A DNA stretch of 62,890 nt, the filler included. It is 3 parts of 3 records of this genome, joined end to end, with 100 filler letters (N's around TTAATTAATTAA, not from the genome) between each part and the next. Parts side by side here need not be neighbours in the genome. Positions count along the whole stretch, not along the records: positions 1 to 29,341 come from DRR378314_1080; 2 more parts are not named here. The stretch is one strand, 5' to 3'. The translations under genes and the position numbers were made by a program. The notes under the pieces were generated by a model, which saw nothing but the letters and a program-made list of their open reading frames with translations, was not told the DNA's origin and did no database searches. Shown in pieces: positions 9,344 to 18,383 of this stretch. How positions within the stretch are numbered: position 1 is the stretch's first letter; every line of letters starts with the position of its first letter.

Positions 9344-11368
9344 ATGCTGGATGTCCAAAGTTTCGCTGCCGGTCAATGGCTTCCTTCTGGCGCGGGTGCC
9401 CGCAATATCGCCAGCGCGATCACAGGTGACGTTATTGCACAGGCGGGCAACGACGCCTTGGATGTGCAGGCGATGCTGGGCTATGCACGTGACGTCGGTG
9501 GCCCCGCACTGCGCAAGCTGACCTTTCATGACCGCGCCAAGATGCTCAAGGCTGTGGCTCTCTATCTGATGGAACGCAAACAGGCGCTGTACGAGTTGAG
9601 CTATGACACCGGCGCGACGCTGAGCGATCATAAAATCGACATCGATGGCGGCATCGGCACGATGATGGTTTTCGCCTCCAAGGGACGGCGCGAAATGCCA
9701 GACGCACATGTCTATTTGGACGGCCCGCCCGAACAGCTGGGCCGCGCGGGTGACTTCATGGGGCGTCACATCTGCACCCCGTTGCAGGGCGTCGCGGTTC
9801 ACATCAACGCCTTCAACTTTCCCGTCTGGGGGATGCTGGAAAAGCTGGCCCCGACCCTCTTGGCCGGTGTGCCCGCCATCGTGAAACCCGCCACCGCGAC
9901 CTCCTATGTGGCAGAGGCCTGCGTGCGCATGATGCTGGAAAGCGGGCTGTTGCCAAAAGGCGCGCTGCAACTGGTCAGCGGCGGATTGGGCGACATGCTG
10001 GATCATCTGGAGTGTCAGGACGCCGTGGCCTTTACCGGTTCAGCGGATACCGCATTGATGCTGCGCAGCAATCCCAAGCTAATGCAAAATTCGGTACGCT
10101 TTGCCTCTGAACAGGACAGTTTGAACGCCTCTGTGTTGGGACCGGATGCGGTGGCCGGTACGCCGGAATTCGATCTGTTCGTCAAGGAGGTCCAGCGCGA
10201 GATGACTGCGAAAGCGGGCCAGAAATGTACCGCGATCCGCCGGATCATGGTGCCCGAAGCCCAGGTTGATGCAGTGATTGCCGCCCTTGGTGAACGTCTG
10301 GCCAAGACAACCATCGGCGATCCACGCGCCGAGGCAACCCGCATGGGGGCTTTGGTCTCTGCCGGGCAAAAACGCGATGTTCTGGAGAAAGCGGCCCTGA
10401 TCGGGGCAGAAGCAGAGCGCGTGTTTGGCAACCCTGATGATTTCACCGTGGCGGGTGCCGATAAGGACAAGGGCGCGTTTGTACCGCCAATGTTGTTTCA
10501 CTGCGCCAATCCCGACGCGGCGCAACGCGTGCATGACACCGAAGCCTTTGGGCCGGTGTCCACCATCATGCCATACCGCGACTTGCCGCATGCGATTGAC
10601 CTGTTGAACAAGGGTAAAGGATCGCTGGTTGCCTCGATCATCACCAATGACGGTGATGTGGCACGCGAAGTTACCATGGGCTCCGCCGCATTTCATGGGC
10701 GCCTATATTTCAACAACCGCACCTCCATGTCAGAGGCCACGGGCCATGGTGCCCCCCTGCCCCATATGGTGCATGGTGGGCCGGGCCGTGCGGGTGGTGG
10801 CGAGGAATTGGGCGGCATTCGCGGCGTCATGCACTATATGCAACGCACTGCGATTCAGGGCAGCCCCGACATCCTAACTTCAATTGGCAAACAATGGGTG
10901 CCCGGCGGGACCGAAATCACCGATCAGGCACATCCTTTCACGCGCACCTTTAACCAGATCAAGCTGGGCGAAACCTTTAACTCCCCCTCCCGCGAGATCA
11001 CGCTGGAGGACATCGAGACCTTTGCCCATTTCACTGGTGATACCTTCTATGCCCATATGGATGAAGACGCGGCTAAGGCGAATCCGTTTTTCCCCGGTCG
11101 CGTGGCGCATGGCTATCTGTTGCTCAGTTTTGCGGCAGGATTGTTTGTGCAGCCTGATCCGGGGCCGGTGCTGGCCAATACCGGGTTGGACAATCTGCGG
11201 TTTATGGCCCCTGTTGCCGCCGGCGACAGCATTCGCGTAAGACTGAGCGTCAAACACAAGACACCACGCAACGAAGAATACGGCGAAGTGCGCTGGCATG
11301 TGACCCTGTACAACCAGAATGATGAGGTGGCGGCGGAATATGAGCTGCTGACGATGAATGCCTACTAA
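9344..11368 (+). CDS. paaZ: Bifunctional oxepin-CoA hydrolase / aldehyde dehydrogenase
   Basis: ALDH domain (INAFNFPVWGMLEK, EQDSLN, GQKCTAIRR, EAFGPV) plus C-terminal MaoC domain (TGDTFYAHMD, RVAHGY). Confidence 0.96.
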   Translation: MLDVQSFAAGQWLPSGAGARNIASAITGDVIAQAGNDALDVQAMLGYARDVGGPALRKLTFHDRAKMLKAVALYLMERKQALYELSYDTGATLSDHKIDIDGGIGTMMVFASKGRREMPDAHVYLDGPPEQLGRAGDFMGRHICTPLQGVAVHINAFNFPVWGMLEKLAPTLLAGVPAIVKPATATSYVAEACVRMMLESGLLPKGALQLVSGGLGDMLDHLECQDAVAFTGSADTALMLRSNPKLMQNSVRFASEQDSLNASVLGPDAVAGTPEFDLFVKEVQREMTAKAGQKCTAIRRIMVPEAQVDAVIAALGERLAKTTIGDPRAEATRMGALVSAGQKRDVLEKAALIGAEAERVFGNPDDFTVAGADKDKGAFVPPMLFHCANPDAAQRVHDTEAFGPVSTIMPYRDLPHAIDLLNKGKGSLVASIITNDGDVAREVTMGSAAFHGRLYFNNRTSMSEATGHGAPLPHMVHGGPGRAGGGEELGGIRGVMHYMQRTAIQGSPDILTSIGKQWVPGGTEITDQAHPFTRTFNQIKLGETFNSPSREITLEDIETFAHFTGDTFYAHMDEDAAKANPFFPGRVAHGYLLLSFAAGLFVQPDPGPVLANTGLDNLRFMAPVAAGDSIRVRLSVKHKTPRNEEYGEVRWHVTLYNQNDEVAAEYELLTMNAY

Positions 11369-12149
11369 AGGGTTTGATACCCTGATTGCCGGGCTACACG
11401 GGCTTGGCGGGCAACGGGTCTGGTCCCTGATGATCAGCCTGTTTGGCGATTTGGCCCAGGCCCCAAATCAACAAATCGACGGCCCGGTTCTTTCTGCGAT
11501 CATGCATGGCCTGCGGGTAAAGCCCGAGGCTGCACGCGTGGCGCTGCACCGGTTGCGCAATGACGACTGGATCACATCGCAAAAATCAGGGCGGATCAGC
11601 CAGCATTCCTTGACCAAGCGGGGGCGCGCCGAATCTGCGGCAGCCAACCCGCGTATCTATGCCGATCCACGGGTGACATCCACGCGCTGGACGCTGGCGC
11701 TGACAGAAGACACCGCAGCCGAACAGGCTGCAGAAATGGAACAACGTGGGTTCACCCAACTGGCCCCCCGTGTGTTTGTCGGTTCCCTTGATGCTGCGGC
11801 CCCGCAGGACGCGCTGACGATACCCGCGGATCACGCGCCCGACTGGCTGCGCAAACAAGTGGCCCCTCAGATGCAGCAAACCGGTTATGAAAACCTGCTC
11901 ACCGCCTTGCGCGGCCTGCAACCAGATTTACCAGCGCCCGAGGAGATGAGCGCAATCGACATCGCCGTACTGCGATGTCTGGTTGTTCACAACTGGCGGC
12001 GTTTGATTTTGAAACACCCCGAACTGCCCGCCTCTTTGATCGATACCGATGGGCCAGCCCACCAATGTCACCTGCTGGTTGCTGACCTGCTGGCACGCTA
12101 CCCCCGACCTGAGCTTTCGGCGATCAAACGCTGCCGCAGCGCCGCTTAA
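11358..12149 (+). CDS. paaX: PaaX-family transcriptional repressor
   Basis: RVWSLMISLFGD, ARVALHRLRNDDW wHTH and VHNWRRLILKHPELP. Overlaps the paaZ stop. Confidence 0.88.
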   Translation: MPTKGFDTLIAGLHGLGGQRVWSLMISLFGDLAQAPNQQIDGPVLSAIMHGLRVKPEAARVALHRLRNDDWITSQKSGRISQHSLTKRGRAESAAANPRIYADPRVTSTRWTLALTEDTAAEQAAEMEQRGFTQLAPRVFVGSLDAAAPQDALTIPADHAPDWLRKQVAPQMQQTGYENLLTALRGLQPDLPAPEEMSAIDIAVLRCLVVHNWRRLILKHPELPASLIDTDGPAHQCHLLVADLLARYPRPELSAIKRCRSAA

Positions 12150-12192
12150 CAGCCGCTTTCCCAACCGCAACAGTCAGGCTATAGCATATCCC

Positions 12193-12807
12193 ATGACAAA
12201 CTATTTGTATCAGGGCGATCTGCCCGATGACCTTGATCTGGGCGACACGGTTGCCATTGATTGCGAAACCATGGGGCTGCATCCGCACCGCGACCGGCTG
12301 TGTGTTGTGCAACTGTCCAGTGGGGACGGGAACGCCCATCTGGTACAGGTTGCCAAGGATCAGACAGCGGCCCCAAACCTTTGCCGGTTGCTGGAAGACG
12401 CACGGGTACTCAAGCTGTTTCACTACGGTCGGTTTGATATTGCCGCGATGCTGAACGCCTTTGGTGCCACAACCGCACCGGTCTATTGCACAAAGATCGC
12501 CAGCCGTCTGGTGCGCACCTATACGGACCGGCACGGGTTGGCCAAACTGTTGCAGGAGTTGCTGAGCGTGGACATTTCGAAACAGCAGCAATCCAGCGAC
12601 TGGGGCGCGGAGAAGCTGAGCAAAGCGCAGATCGACTATGCCGCGTCAGATGTTCTGCACCTGCACAAACTGCGCGACAAGTTGAACGAGATGCTGATCC
12701 GCGAAGGCCGGATGGAGGTGGCGCAGGCCTGTTATGATTTCCTGCCGATGCGGGCCAAACTTGATCTGCTCGGCTGGCCCGACACTGACATCTTTGCCCA
12801 CGCATGA
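12193..12807 (+). CDS. Ribonuclease D-like 3'-5' exonuclease (short alphaproteobacterial form)
   Basis: DEDD motifs AIDCETMGL, LFHYGRFD and QQSSDWG...YAASDV. Confidence 0.9.
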   Translation: MTNYLYQGDLPDDLDLGDTVAIDCETMGLHPHRDRLCVVQLSSGDGNAHLVQVAKDQTAAPNLCRLLEDARVLKLFHYGRFDIAAMLNAFGATTAPVYCTKIASRLVRTYTDRHGLAKLLQELLSVDISKQQQSSDWGAEKLSKAQIDYAASDVLHLHKLRDKLNEMLIREGRMEVAQACYDFLPMRAKLDLLGWPDTDIFAHA

Positions 12808-13766
12808 AGACGCCGTTTATAGATACCGCCGCCCGCGTCATTCGCGCCGAAGCCGCCGCGCTGAACCAGTTGGCAGATGCACTGGATGATCGTTTCCGCG
12901 CCGCGATCGACTTGATGCGCGAAACCAAGGGCCGTGTGATCATCACCGGCATTGGCAAATCCGGCCATATCGCCAACAAGATCGCGGCCACCCTGGCCAG
13001 CACCGGCACACCTGCGCAATTCGTACATCCCGCCGAGGCCAGCCATGGTGATCTGGGCATGATCACCCGCGATGATGTGGTGCTGGCGATTTCCAATTCA
13101 GGCGAGGCACCGGAACTGGGCAATCTGATCGCCTATTCACGCCGCTATGAAATTCCTCTGATCGGGTTGACCAGCCGCGAAGACAGCACATTGGCGCGCC
13201 AATCAGACGTTATCCTGCTGCTGCCTAAAGTTACCGAAGCCTGTAACACCGGCGTTGTGCCGACCACTTCAACAACCATGACGCTTGCCATGGGTGATGC
13301 TTTGGCCGTGGCACTGATGGAACACCGCGATTTCACGGCAGAGCATTTCCGCGCCTTCCACCCCGGTGGCAAACTGGGTGCACAGCTGAGCCTCGTGCGC
13401 GATCTGATGCATAGGGATGACGCGATTCCGCTGGTGAGGGAAGATGCGGAAATGTCGACGGTTATGGCCGAAATTGGCAACAAGGGTTTTGGCGTGACCG
13501 GAGTGACAGATACAAGCGGCAAGCTGATCGGTATCATCACCACTGGCGATCTGGGCCGCCATATGAAAGGGCTGTTTGATCTGAAAGCCCACGATGTGAT
13601 GACCCGCAATCCCGTGACCATCACCCCCGAAGCACTGGCTGAAAAGGCGGTTGGCCTGATGAATACGCGCAAGATTACCTGCCTTATCGTGGTTGATCCT
13701 GCCGCCCCTGACATGCCTGCGGGCCTTTTGCATATTCATGATTGCCTGCGCGTCGGTCTGGGGTAA
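12804..13766 (+). CDS. kdsD: Arabinose-5-phosphate isomerase, KpsF/GutQ family (SIS + 2 CBS)
   Basis: GIGKSGHIANKIAATLASTGTP, HPAEASHGDLG, FHPGGKLG and LHIHDCL. Located upstream of lptCAB. Confidence 0.93.
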   Translation: MKTPFIDTAARVIRAEAAALNQLADALDDRFRAAIDLMRETKGRVIITGIGKSGHIANKIAATLASTGTPAQFVHPAEASHGDLGMITRDDVVLAISNSGEAPELGNLIAYSRRYEIPLIGLTSREDSTLARQSDVILLLPKVTEACNTGVVPTTSTTMTLAMGDALAVALMEHRDFTAEHFRAFHPGGKLGAQLSLVRDLMHRDDAIPLVREDAEMSTVMAEIGNKGFGVTGVTDTSGKLIGIITTGDLGRHMKGLFDLKAHDVMTRNPVTITPEALAEKAVGLMNTRKITCLIVVDPAAPDMPAGLLHIHDCLRVGLG

Positions 13767-13771
13767 GCGCC

Positions 13772-14371
13772 ATGAAGGCGGACAGATATTCCAAAGTTGT
13801 TGGCTTGCTGAAGGTGCTCTTGCCACTGATGGCATTGGCCCTGTTGTCGACGCTGTTTCTGTTGTCACGGGTGATCGACCCGCATACGGTTATTCCCTTT
13901 GCTGACAAGGAAATTCAGGACCGTCTGCGGGATCAGCAGGTCACCGGCCCGATCTATTACGCGGTCACAGCCGATGGGGATGAGATTTCATTTGCTGCGG
14001 AGAAAGTCACCACACCAGATGGCGAAACCGGTGGCAACGAAGCGGAAGACGTCAAAGTTACCATGAAGCTCGGCTCAGGCAGCGACATCGTGCTGAACGC
14101 AAAGCGCGGGCATTTCAACATCGCGGCAGACAGCACCAGCTTGCAAGGGGAGGTGGTGATAAACACCTCAACCGGATACCGCATTGAAAGTGATTTACTG
14201 GTCACGCAAATGTCGGTTCTTGATGTGGAATCCCCCGGTCCGGTGGCCGCGACGGGGCCGGTTGGCACAGTTGACGCCGGTGCAATGACCCTGAAGGCGG
14301 GCAAGCCCTCCCATTTGGTTTTCACAAACGGTGTGAAGCTGATATACAGCCCTGAACAAGACAAAGAGTGA
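13772..14371 (+). CDS. lptC: LPS export ABC transporter periplasmic protein LptC
   Basis: Single N-terminal TM, beta-jellyroll-type sequence ending FTNGVKLIY, and synteny kdsD-lptC-lptA-lptB. Confidence 0.82.
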   Translation: MKADRYSKVVGLLKVLLPLMALALLSTLFLLSRVIDPHTVIPFADKEIQDRLRDQQVTGPIYYAVTADGDEISFAAEKVTTPDGETGGNEAEDVKVTMKLGSGSDIVLNAKRGHFNIAADSTSLQGEVVINTSTGYRIESDLLVTQMSVLDVESPGPVAATGPVGTVDAGAMTLKAGKPSHLVFTNGVKLIYSPEQDKE

Positions 14372-14375
14372 CACC

Positions 14376-14870
14376 GTGAAATACCTGCGAATTTTGGCAC
14401 TGCCCCTGCTGTTTGGCCTTTGCGCGGCCCCGGTTTTGGCACAGGGAACCAATGTGGCCTTTGGCACGCTGGCGCAGGATACCAAGCTGCCGGTCGAAGT
14501 GACAGCCGACAATCTATCCGTTGATCAGGAAACCGGTGAGGCGATTTTCACTGGAAATGTGCTGATTGGTCAGGGTGAAATGCGCCTCTCTGCGCCGCGC
14601 GTTCTGGTGGTCTATCTGGCGGAGCAGAAAGGGATCGAACGGATGGAGGCGACAGGTGGTGTCACACTGGTCTCCGGCCCCGATGCCGCCGAATCAGAGC
14701 GGGCAGATTACAGCATTTCCGAGGGTACGATTGTGATGACCGGCAATGTCCTGCTGGATCAGGGGCCAAATGCCCTGAGCGCGGACAAGATGACGGTACA
14801 GTTATCTGATGGCACGGCGCAGATGTCAGGCCGTGTGAAAACCATCATCCAACCGGGTGGCGATAACTGA
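14376..14870 (+). CDS. lptA: LPS transport periplasmic protein LptA
   Basis: Signal peptide, PVEVTADNL, FTGNVLIGQG and GRVKTII; synteny. Confidence 0.9.
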   Translation: MKYLRILALPLLFGLCAAPVLAQGTNVAFGTLAQDTKLPVEVTADNLSVDQETGEAIFTGNVLIGQGEMRLSAPRVLVVYLAEQKGIERMEATGGVTLVSGPDAAESERADYSISEGTIVMTGNVLLDQGPNALSADKMTVQLSDGTAQMSGRVKTIIQPGGDN

Positions 14871-15628
14871 TGACGCCCCCCGACTTGAAGGTTGCGACAG
14901 GCAGCGCCGGTTTGCGCATCGATCACCTGCGCAAATCCTACCGCAAAAAAGTCGTCATTCGCGATTTCTCAATGCATCTGAACCGGGGCGAGGTTGTTGC
15001 GCTGCTGGGCCCGAACGGGTCCGGGAAAACCACGACCTTTTATGCAGTTGCCGGCCTTGTCACCCCCGAGGGAGGCACCGTTCTGGTGGACGGCAAGGAT
15101 GTCACTACCCTGCCGATGTATCGCCGTGCGCAGCTTGGCATCGGGTATCTGCCACAGGAAATGAGCATCTTTCGCGGGCTATCGGTGCAGGACAATATTT
15201 CGGCAATCCTCGACATCTCTGTGCCCATTCGCCATCAGCGGCGTGAACGACTGGAAGAGCTGCTGTCAGAGTTTTCCATTGAACATCTGCGCCGCGCCCC
15301 TGCACTGGCCCTGTCAGGTGGGGAACGCCGCCGCGTCGAGATTGCCCGCTGTCTGGCGGCCAACCCGAATTACCTGTTGTTGGATGAACCCTTTGCTGGT
15401 GTCGATCCGATTTCAGTCGGGGACATCAGACATCTGGTTGCGGATCTGAAGAACCGTGGCATCGGGGTGCTGATCACCGATCACAACGTGCGGGAAACAT
15501 TGGAAATTGTCGACCGCGCCTATATTCTTCACGAGGGCAAGGTACTGATGTCGGGCACGCCGGATGAGGTTGTGCAAAACGAAAATGTGCGCCGCGTCTA
15601 CCTTGGCGACAACTTTCGAATTTCTTAA
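14870..15628 (+). CDS. lptB: LPS export ABC transporter ATPase
   Basis: GPNGSGKTT, YLPQEMSIF, LSGGERRRVEIAR, LLDEPFAGVDP, ITDHNVRE and VYLG. Confidence 0.97.
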   Translation: MTPPDLKVATGSAGLRIDHLRKSYRKKVVIRDFSMHLNRGEVVALLGPNGSGKTTTFYAVAGLVTPEGGTVLVDGKDVTTLPMYRRAQLGIGYLPQEMSIFRGLSVQDNISAILDISVPIRHQRRERLEELLSEFSIEHLRRAPALALSGGERRRVEIARCLAANPNYLLLDEPFAGVDPISVGDIRHLVADLKNRGIGVLITDHNVRETLEIVDRAYILHEGKVLMSGTPDEVVQNENVRRVYLGDNFRIS

Positions 15629-15819
15629 TATCTCGCGAAAATACTCGGCCTTTTTTTGCTATAGCGTGATTTCCGAACCATTGACTTTGACCGCATTTCC
15701 GCGCCTGATAGAGCTATGGCAACACTGCGTTCCTGTCTATTCCTGCGTCGGCCTTCCTGCCAAGGCTTGGCTGACGTCAACCTGAACGCAACGCCATTTT
15801 CCCGCATCTCGCTTCATCC

Positions 15820-15841
15820 AGACCCTATGCAAATAGGGTCT
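15820..15841 (+). promoter_or_regulatory. GNRA-capped hairpin upstream of hpf (terminator or leader structure)
   Basis: AGACCCTAT-GCAA-ATAGGGTCT, a perfect 9-bp stem with a GCAA loop, 36 nt before the hpf ATG. Confidence 0.5.
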
Positions 15842-15877
15842 TTGATGCATGCCAGATGACACGAACAAGGAGAACTT

Positions 15878-16441
15878 ATGCGATACCAAATCAGCGGCAA
15901 ACAAATCGACATCGGCGATGCGCTTCAGACTCATGTGAAAGCGGAACTGGGAGAAAGCGTTAAGAAATACGCCGAACGCCCCACCGATGCCGTCGTGATT
16001 TTTTCAAAGTCAGGACATGAGTTTGTCTGCGAGGCGACTGTTCATCTTTCCACCGGTCTGACCGCGTCCGCCAAGGCGCATAGCACAGAGATTTACGGTG
16101 CGTTTGATTCGTGTAATGAAAAGATGGAAAAGCAGCTGCGCCGCTACAAGCGCCGGTTGAAAGATCATCATAAGGAGCGTGCGGAGCCTGTTGAGTTTCT
16201 GGGCGCATCCTCGTATATCCTCGCCTCAGATAGCGATTCAGACGCACAGGAACCTGAAACCCTTCAACCCATGATCATCGCCGAAATGCAGACCAAGATT
16301 GCAACCTTGTCTGTCGGCGAAGCGGTTATGCAGATGGAGATCTCGGGGGCCCCGGTGCTGGTGTTTCGCAACGAAGGTAAAGACGGGGTGAACGTCGTGT
16401 ACCGCCGCGAGGATGGTAACATTGGCTGGATTGACCCATAG
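15878..16441 (+). CDS. hpf: Ribosome hibernation promoting factor (long HPF/RaiA, S30EA)
   Basis: ISGKQIDIGDAL, KMEKQLRRYKRRLK and C-terminal NVVYRREDGNIGWIDP. Confidence 0.95.
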   Translation: MRYQISGKQIDIGDALQTHVKAELGESVKKYAERPTDAVVIFSKSGHEFVCEATVHLSTGLTASAKAHSTEIYGAFDSCNEKMEKQLRRYKRRLKDHHKERAEPVEFLGASSYILASDSDSDAQEPETLQPMIIAEMQTKIATLSVGEAVMQMEISGAPVLVFRNEGKDGVNVVYRREDGNIGWIDP

Positions 16442-16486
16442 GGAACCAAGTGAGCGCAGCCTCACGTCGATAGCAGAGTGGATTGA

Positions 16487-16951
16487 ATGAATTTTTCAAA
16501 ACTTCTGAAGCCGGAGGCGGTCAAGGTTCTGACCTCCGCCTCCAGCAAAAAGCGGTTGATGCAGGAACTCGGTGATCTGATGTTTGTTGCACACGGGCTT
16601 GAGGCTGATCGTGTTGTCGAGGCGCTGAATGCGCGCGAGGCATTGGGACCAACGGGTGTGGGCCATGGTGTGGCCCTGCCCCATGCCCGCCTTACCGGGC
16701 TAACCGAGGTTGTCGGCGCTTTTGTCCTGCTCGACACACCCATTGATTTCTCATCCGTAGACCGCCAGCCGGTTGATCTGGCCTTTGCCCTCTTCGCGCC
16801 GGAAGATGCCGGTGTTGAACATCTCAAGGCGCTTGCCCTGGTCTCTCGGACATTGCGCGACGTGTCGATCTGCAACAAGTTGCGGGCGAACCCGGATGCC
16901 GGAACGCTTTATACAATTCTGTCCGAAGAAAAATCCGCACAAGCGGCTTAG
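16487..16951 (+). CDS. ptsN: PTS EIIA-Ntr nitrogen regulatory protein
   Basis: REALGPTGVGHGVALPHAR, DRQPVDL and HLKALA; follows hpf. Confidence 0.93.
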   Translation: MNFSKLLKPEAVKVLTSASSKKRLMQELGDLMFVAHGLEADRVVEALNAREALGPTGVGHGVALPHARLTGLTEVVGAFVLLDTPIDFSSVDRQPVDLAFALFAPEDAGVEHLKALALVSRTLRDVSICNKLRANPDAGTLYTILSEEKSAQAA

Positions 16952-16954
16952 GCT

Positions 16955-18382
16955 TTACTTCCAGGCGGAAAACCCAAACATCATATAATCCCGCTGATAG
17001 GCATCAGCCGCCAGCGCCTCTATCTCGCCGTCATAGACCTGATCCAACGCAAAAGGTTGATCCGGCACGGGCTGAGATACGGCAGGGGCATCCACCCGCC
17101 CTACTGCTGTCGCCAGATCAGCCAACTCGGCGCTTAGGTCCGCCTCTCTGACAAGGCGGTCGGGCAGGCAAAAACCCGCAAAACCTGCAATGGCCTGTGC
17201 CTGGGTACACCATGCCGCATCAACACGGATGGCGGTCTGCCCGGTCAGGTTGCCCTTCAGGAACTTGAGAAAGGCGATGAATGCACTGCGATGCGCCGTC
17301 AGATCGTAACCCTCATCCGGGCCGTTCTCTGGCAGAGGCATTTTATATCGCCGCATCATGGTCTTGCGCAGTTGGACATAGCTGCCCTTGTCAACCGGCA
17401 GGATGTGTCGGCAAAACGCATCATGCGCGCGCTGCACCGGATGGCGCAGAACGGTAAAACTGCGGTGGCCGGGGTGTTTGCGTTTCCACTGACGCAGGTC
17501 TTTTTGGGTCATTTTGGTCTGCAAATCGGACCTTGCCACCCCATCCAGTTCAGCCAGCCATTTCATAACAGACTCATGTGGGCCTGACCGCAGCGGCAAA
17601 TACAATAACCCACTATCCGCAGCGGCAACGTAGGACGGCACAACCGGCCCGCGGCGCGGCTCAAAGTTGGGGGTTCTGGTCAGATCAAACCGATCCAGCT
17701 GCGCCAGTGCCGTGCTCATCTCATCATAGTTGCGGACCTTGGCAGAAATCGGGCTTGGGTTCTGTTTCTTCAGGCTTTGATCCAGGGCATCCAGCCTTGC
17801 GTCCACGCCCAGAAACCTTGCCAGCCCGTTCATCACATCGACATTTTGCAGGTCTTCATAGGCCACATAGAACGCCGTTTGCCCGGTGGTTTGCAAACGG
17901 TTCAACAGGGTAAGCTGAAAGGCCTGAAGCGCCTCAAGGTGGGTAGAAAACTCTTTTGCATCAAACTGCGCCTGCGCCGCCTTATGCGCTTTCATATCGG
18001 TCAGTTTCCACTGTCCGGTTTCCTGCGCGATCTTCCAGCTGACATAACTTTCCACAGGATTGCGGGTCAGAATGATCTTGGCACATTTATCATCATCGAT
18101 GATGGCATCGAACACGCGCGGGTCGTGGTCATGAAAGTACCGAAATCCGTTTAGCCGCGCGGTATCGCCCCGGATCGCCGAGAGCAACAGCGTCGGGTCC
18201 GCATCGCGCGCCTCCAGGTCAACACCAAGGATTGGTGCATTGTTGGGGTAGCCGATGAAATGGGGGTTAAACGCCTCCCCGTGGCAAATGATGCCACCAA
18301 AGGCATTCAGGTTTGCCTCAAGGAAATTCGATCCGGTCCGCATCTCTGCAAAGACAACAAAGCTTTGGAACTTGGGGGACAT
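16955..18382 (-). CDS. NodH/Stf0-like sulfotransferase with a second, Sulfotransfer_2-like C-terminal domain
   Basis: 5'-PSB loop MRTGSNFL, GEAFNP, LTRNPVESYVS and VAYEDL. The second half has SFTVLRHPVQRAHDAF and ends YQRDYMMFGF. Confidence 0.8.
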   Translation of the reverse strand: MSPKFQSFVVFAEMRTGSNFLEANLNAFGGIICHGEAFNPHFIGYPNNAPILGVDLEARDADPTLLLSAIRGDTARLNGFRYFHDHDPRVFDAIIDDDKCAKIILTRNPVESYVSWKIAQETGQWKLTDMKAHKAAQAQFDAKEFSTHLEALQAFQLTLLNRLQTTGQTAFYVAYEDLQNVDVMNGLARFLGVDARLDALDQSLKKQNPSPISAKVRNYDEMSTALAQLDRFDLTRTPNFEPRRGPVVPSYVAAADSGLLYLPLRSGPHESVMKWLAELDGVARSDLQTKMTQKDLRQWKRKHPGHRSFTVLRHPVQRAHDAFCRHILPVDKGSYVQLRKTMMRRYKMPLPENGPDEGYDLTAHRSAFIAFLKFLKGNLTGQTAIRVDAAWCTQAQAIAGFAGFCLPDRLVREADLSAELADLATAVGRVDAPAVSQPVPDQPFALDQVYDGEIEALAADAYQRDYMMFGFSAWK

Positions 18383-18383
18383 G

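Noticed and set aside
9344..11368. PaaZ as an ALDH-dead variant feeding tropone/tropodithietic acid synthesis
   Set aside because: The ALDH catalytic motifs (EQDSLN Glu, GQKCTA Cys) are intact and no tda genes are present in the window.
1..12149. Integrative element or prophage at tRNA-Leu
   Set aside because: No integrase, no duplicated tRNA 3' end (att site) and no phage or conjugation genes were seen.
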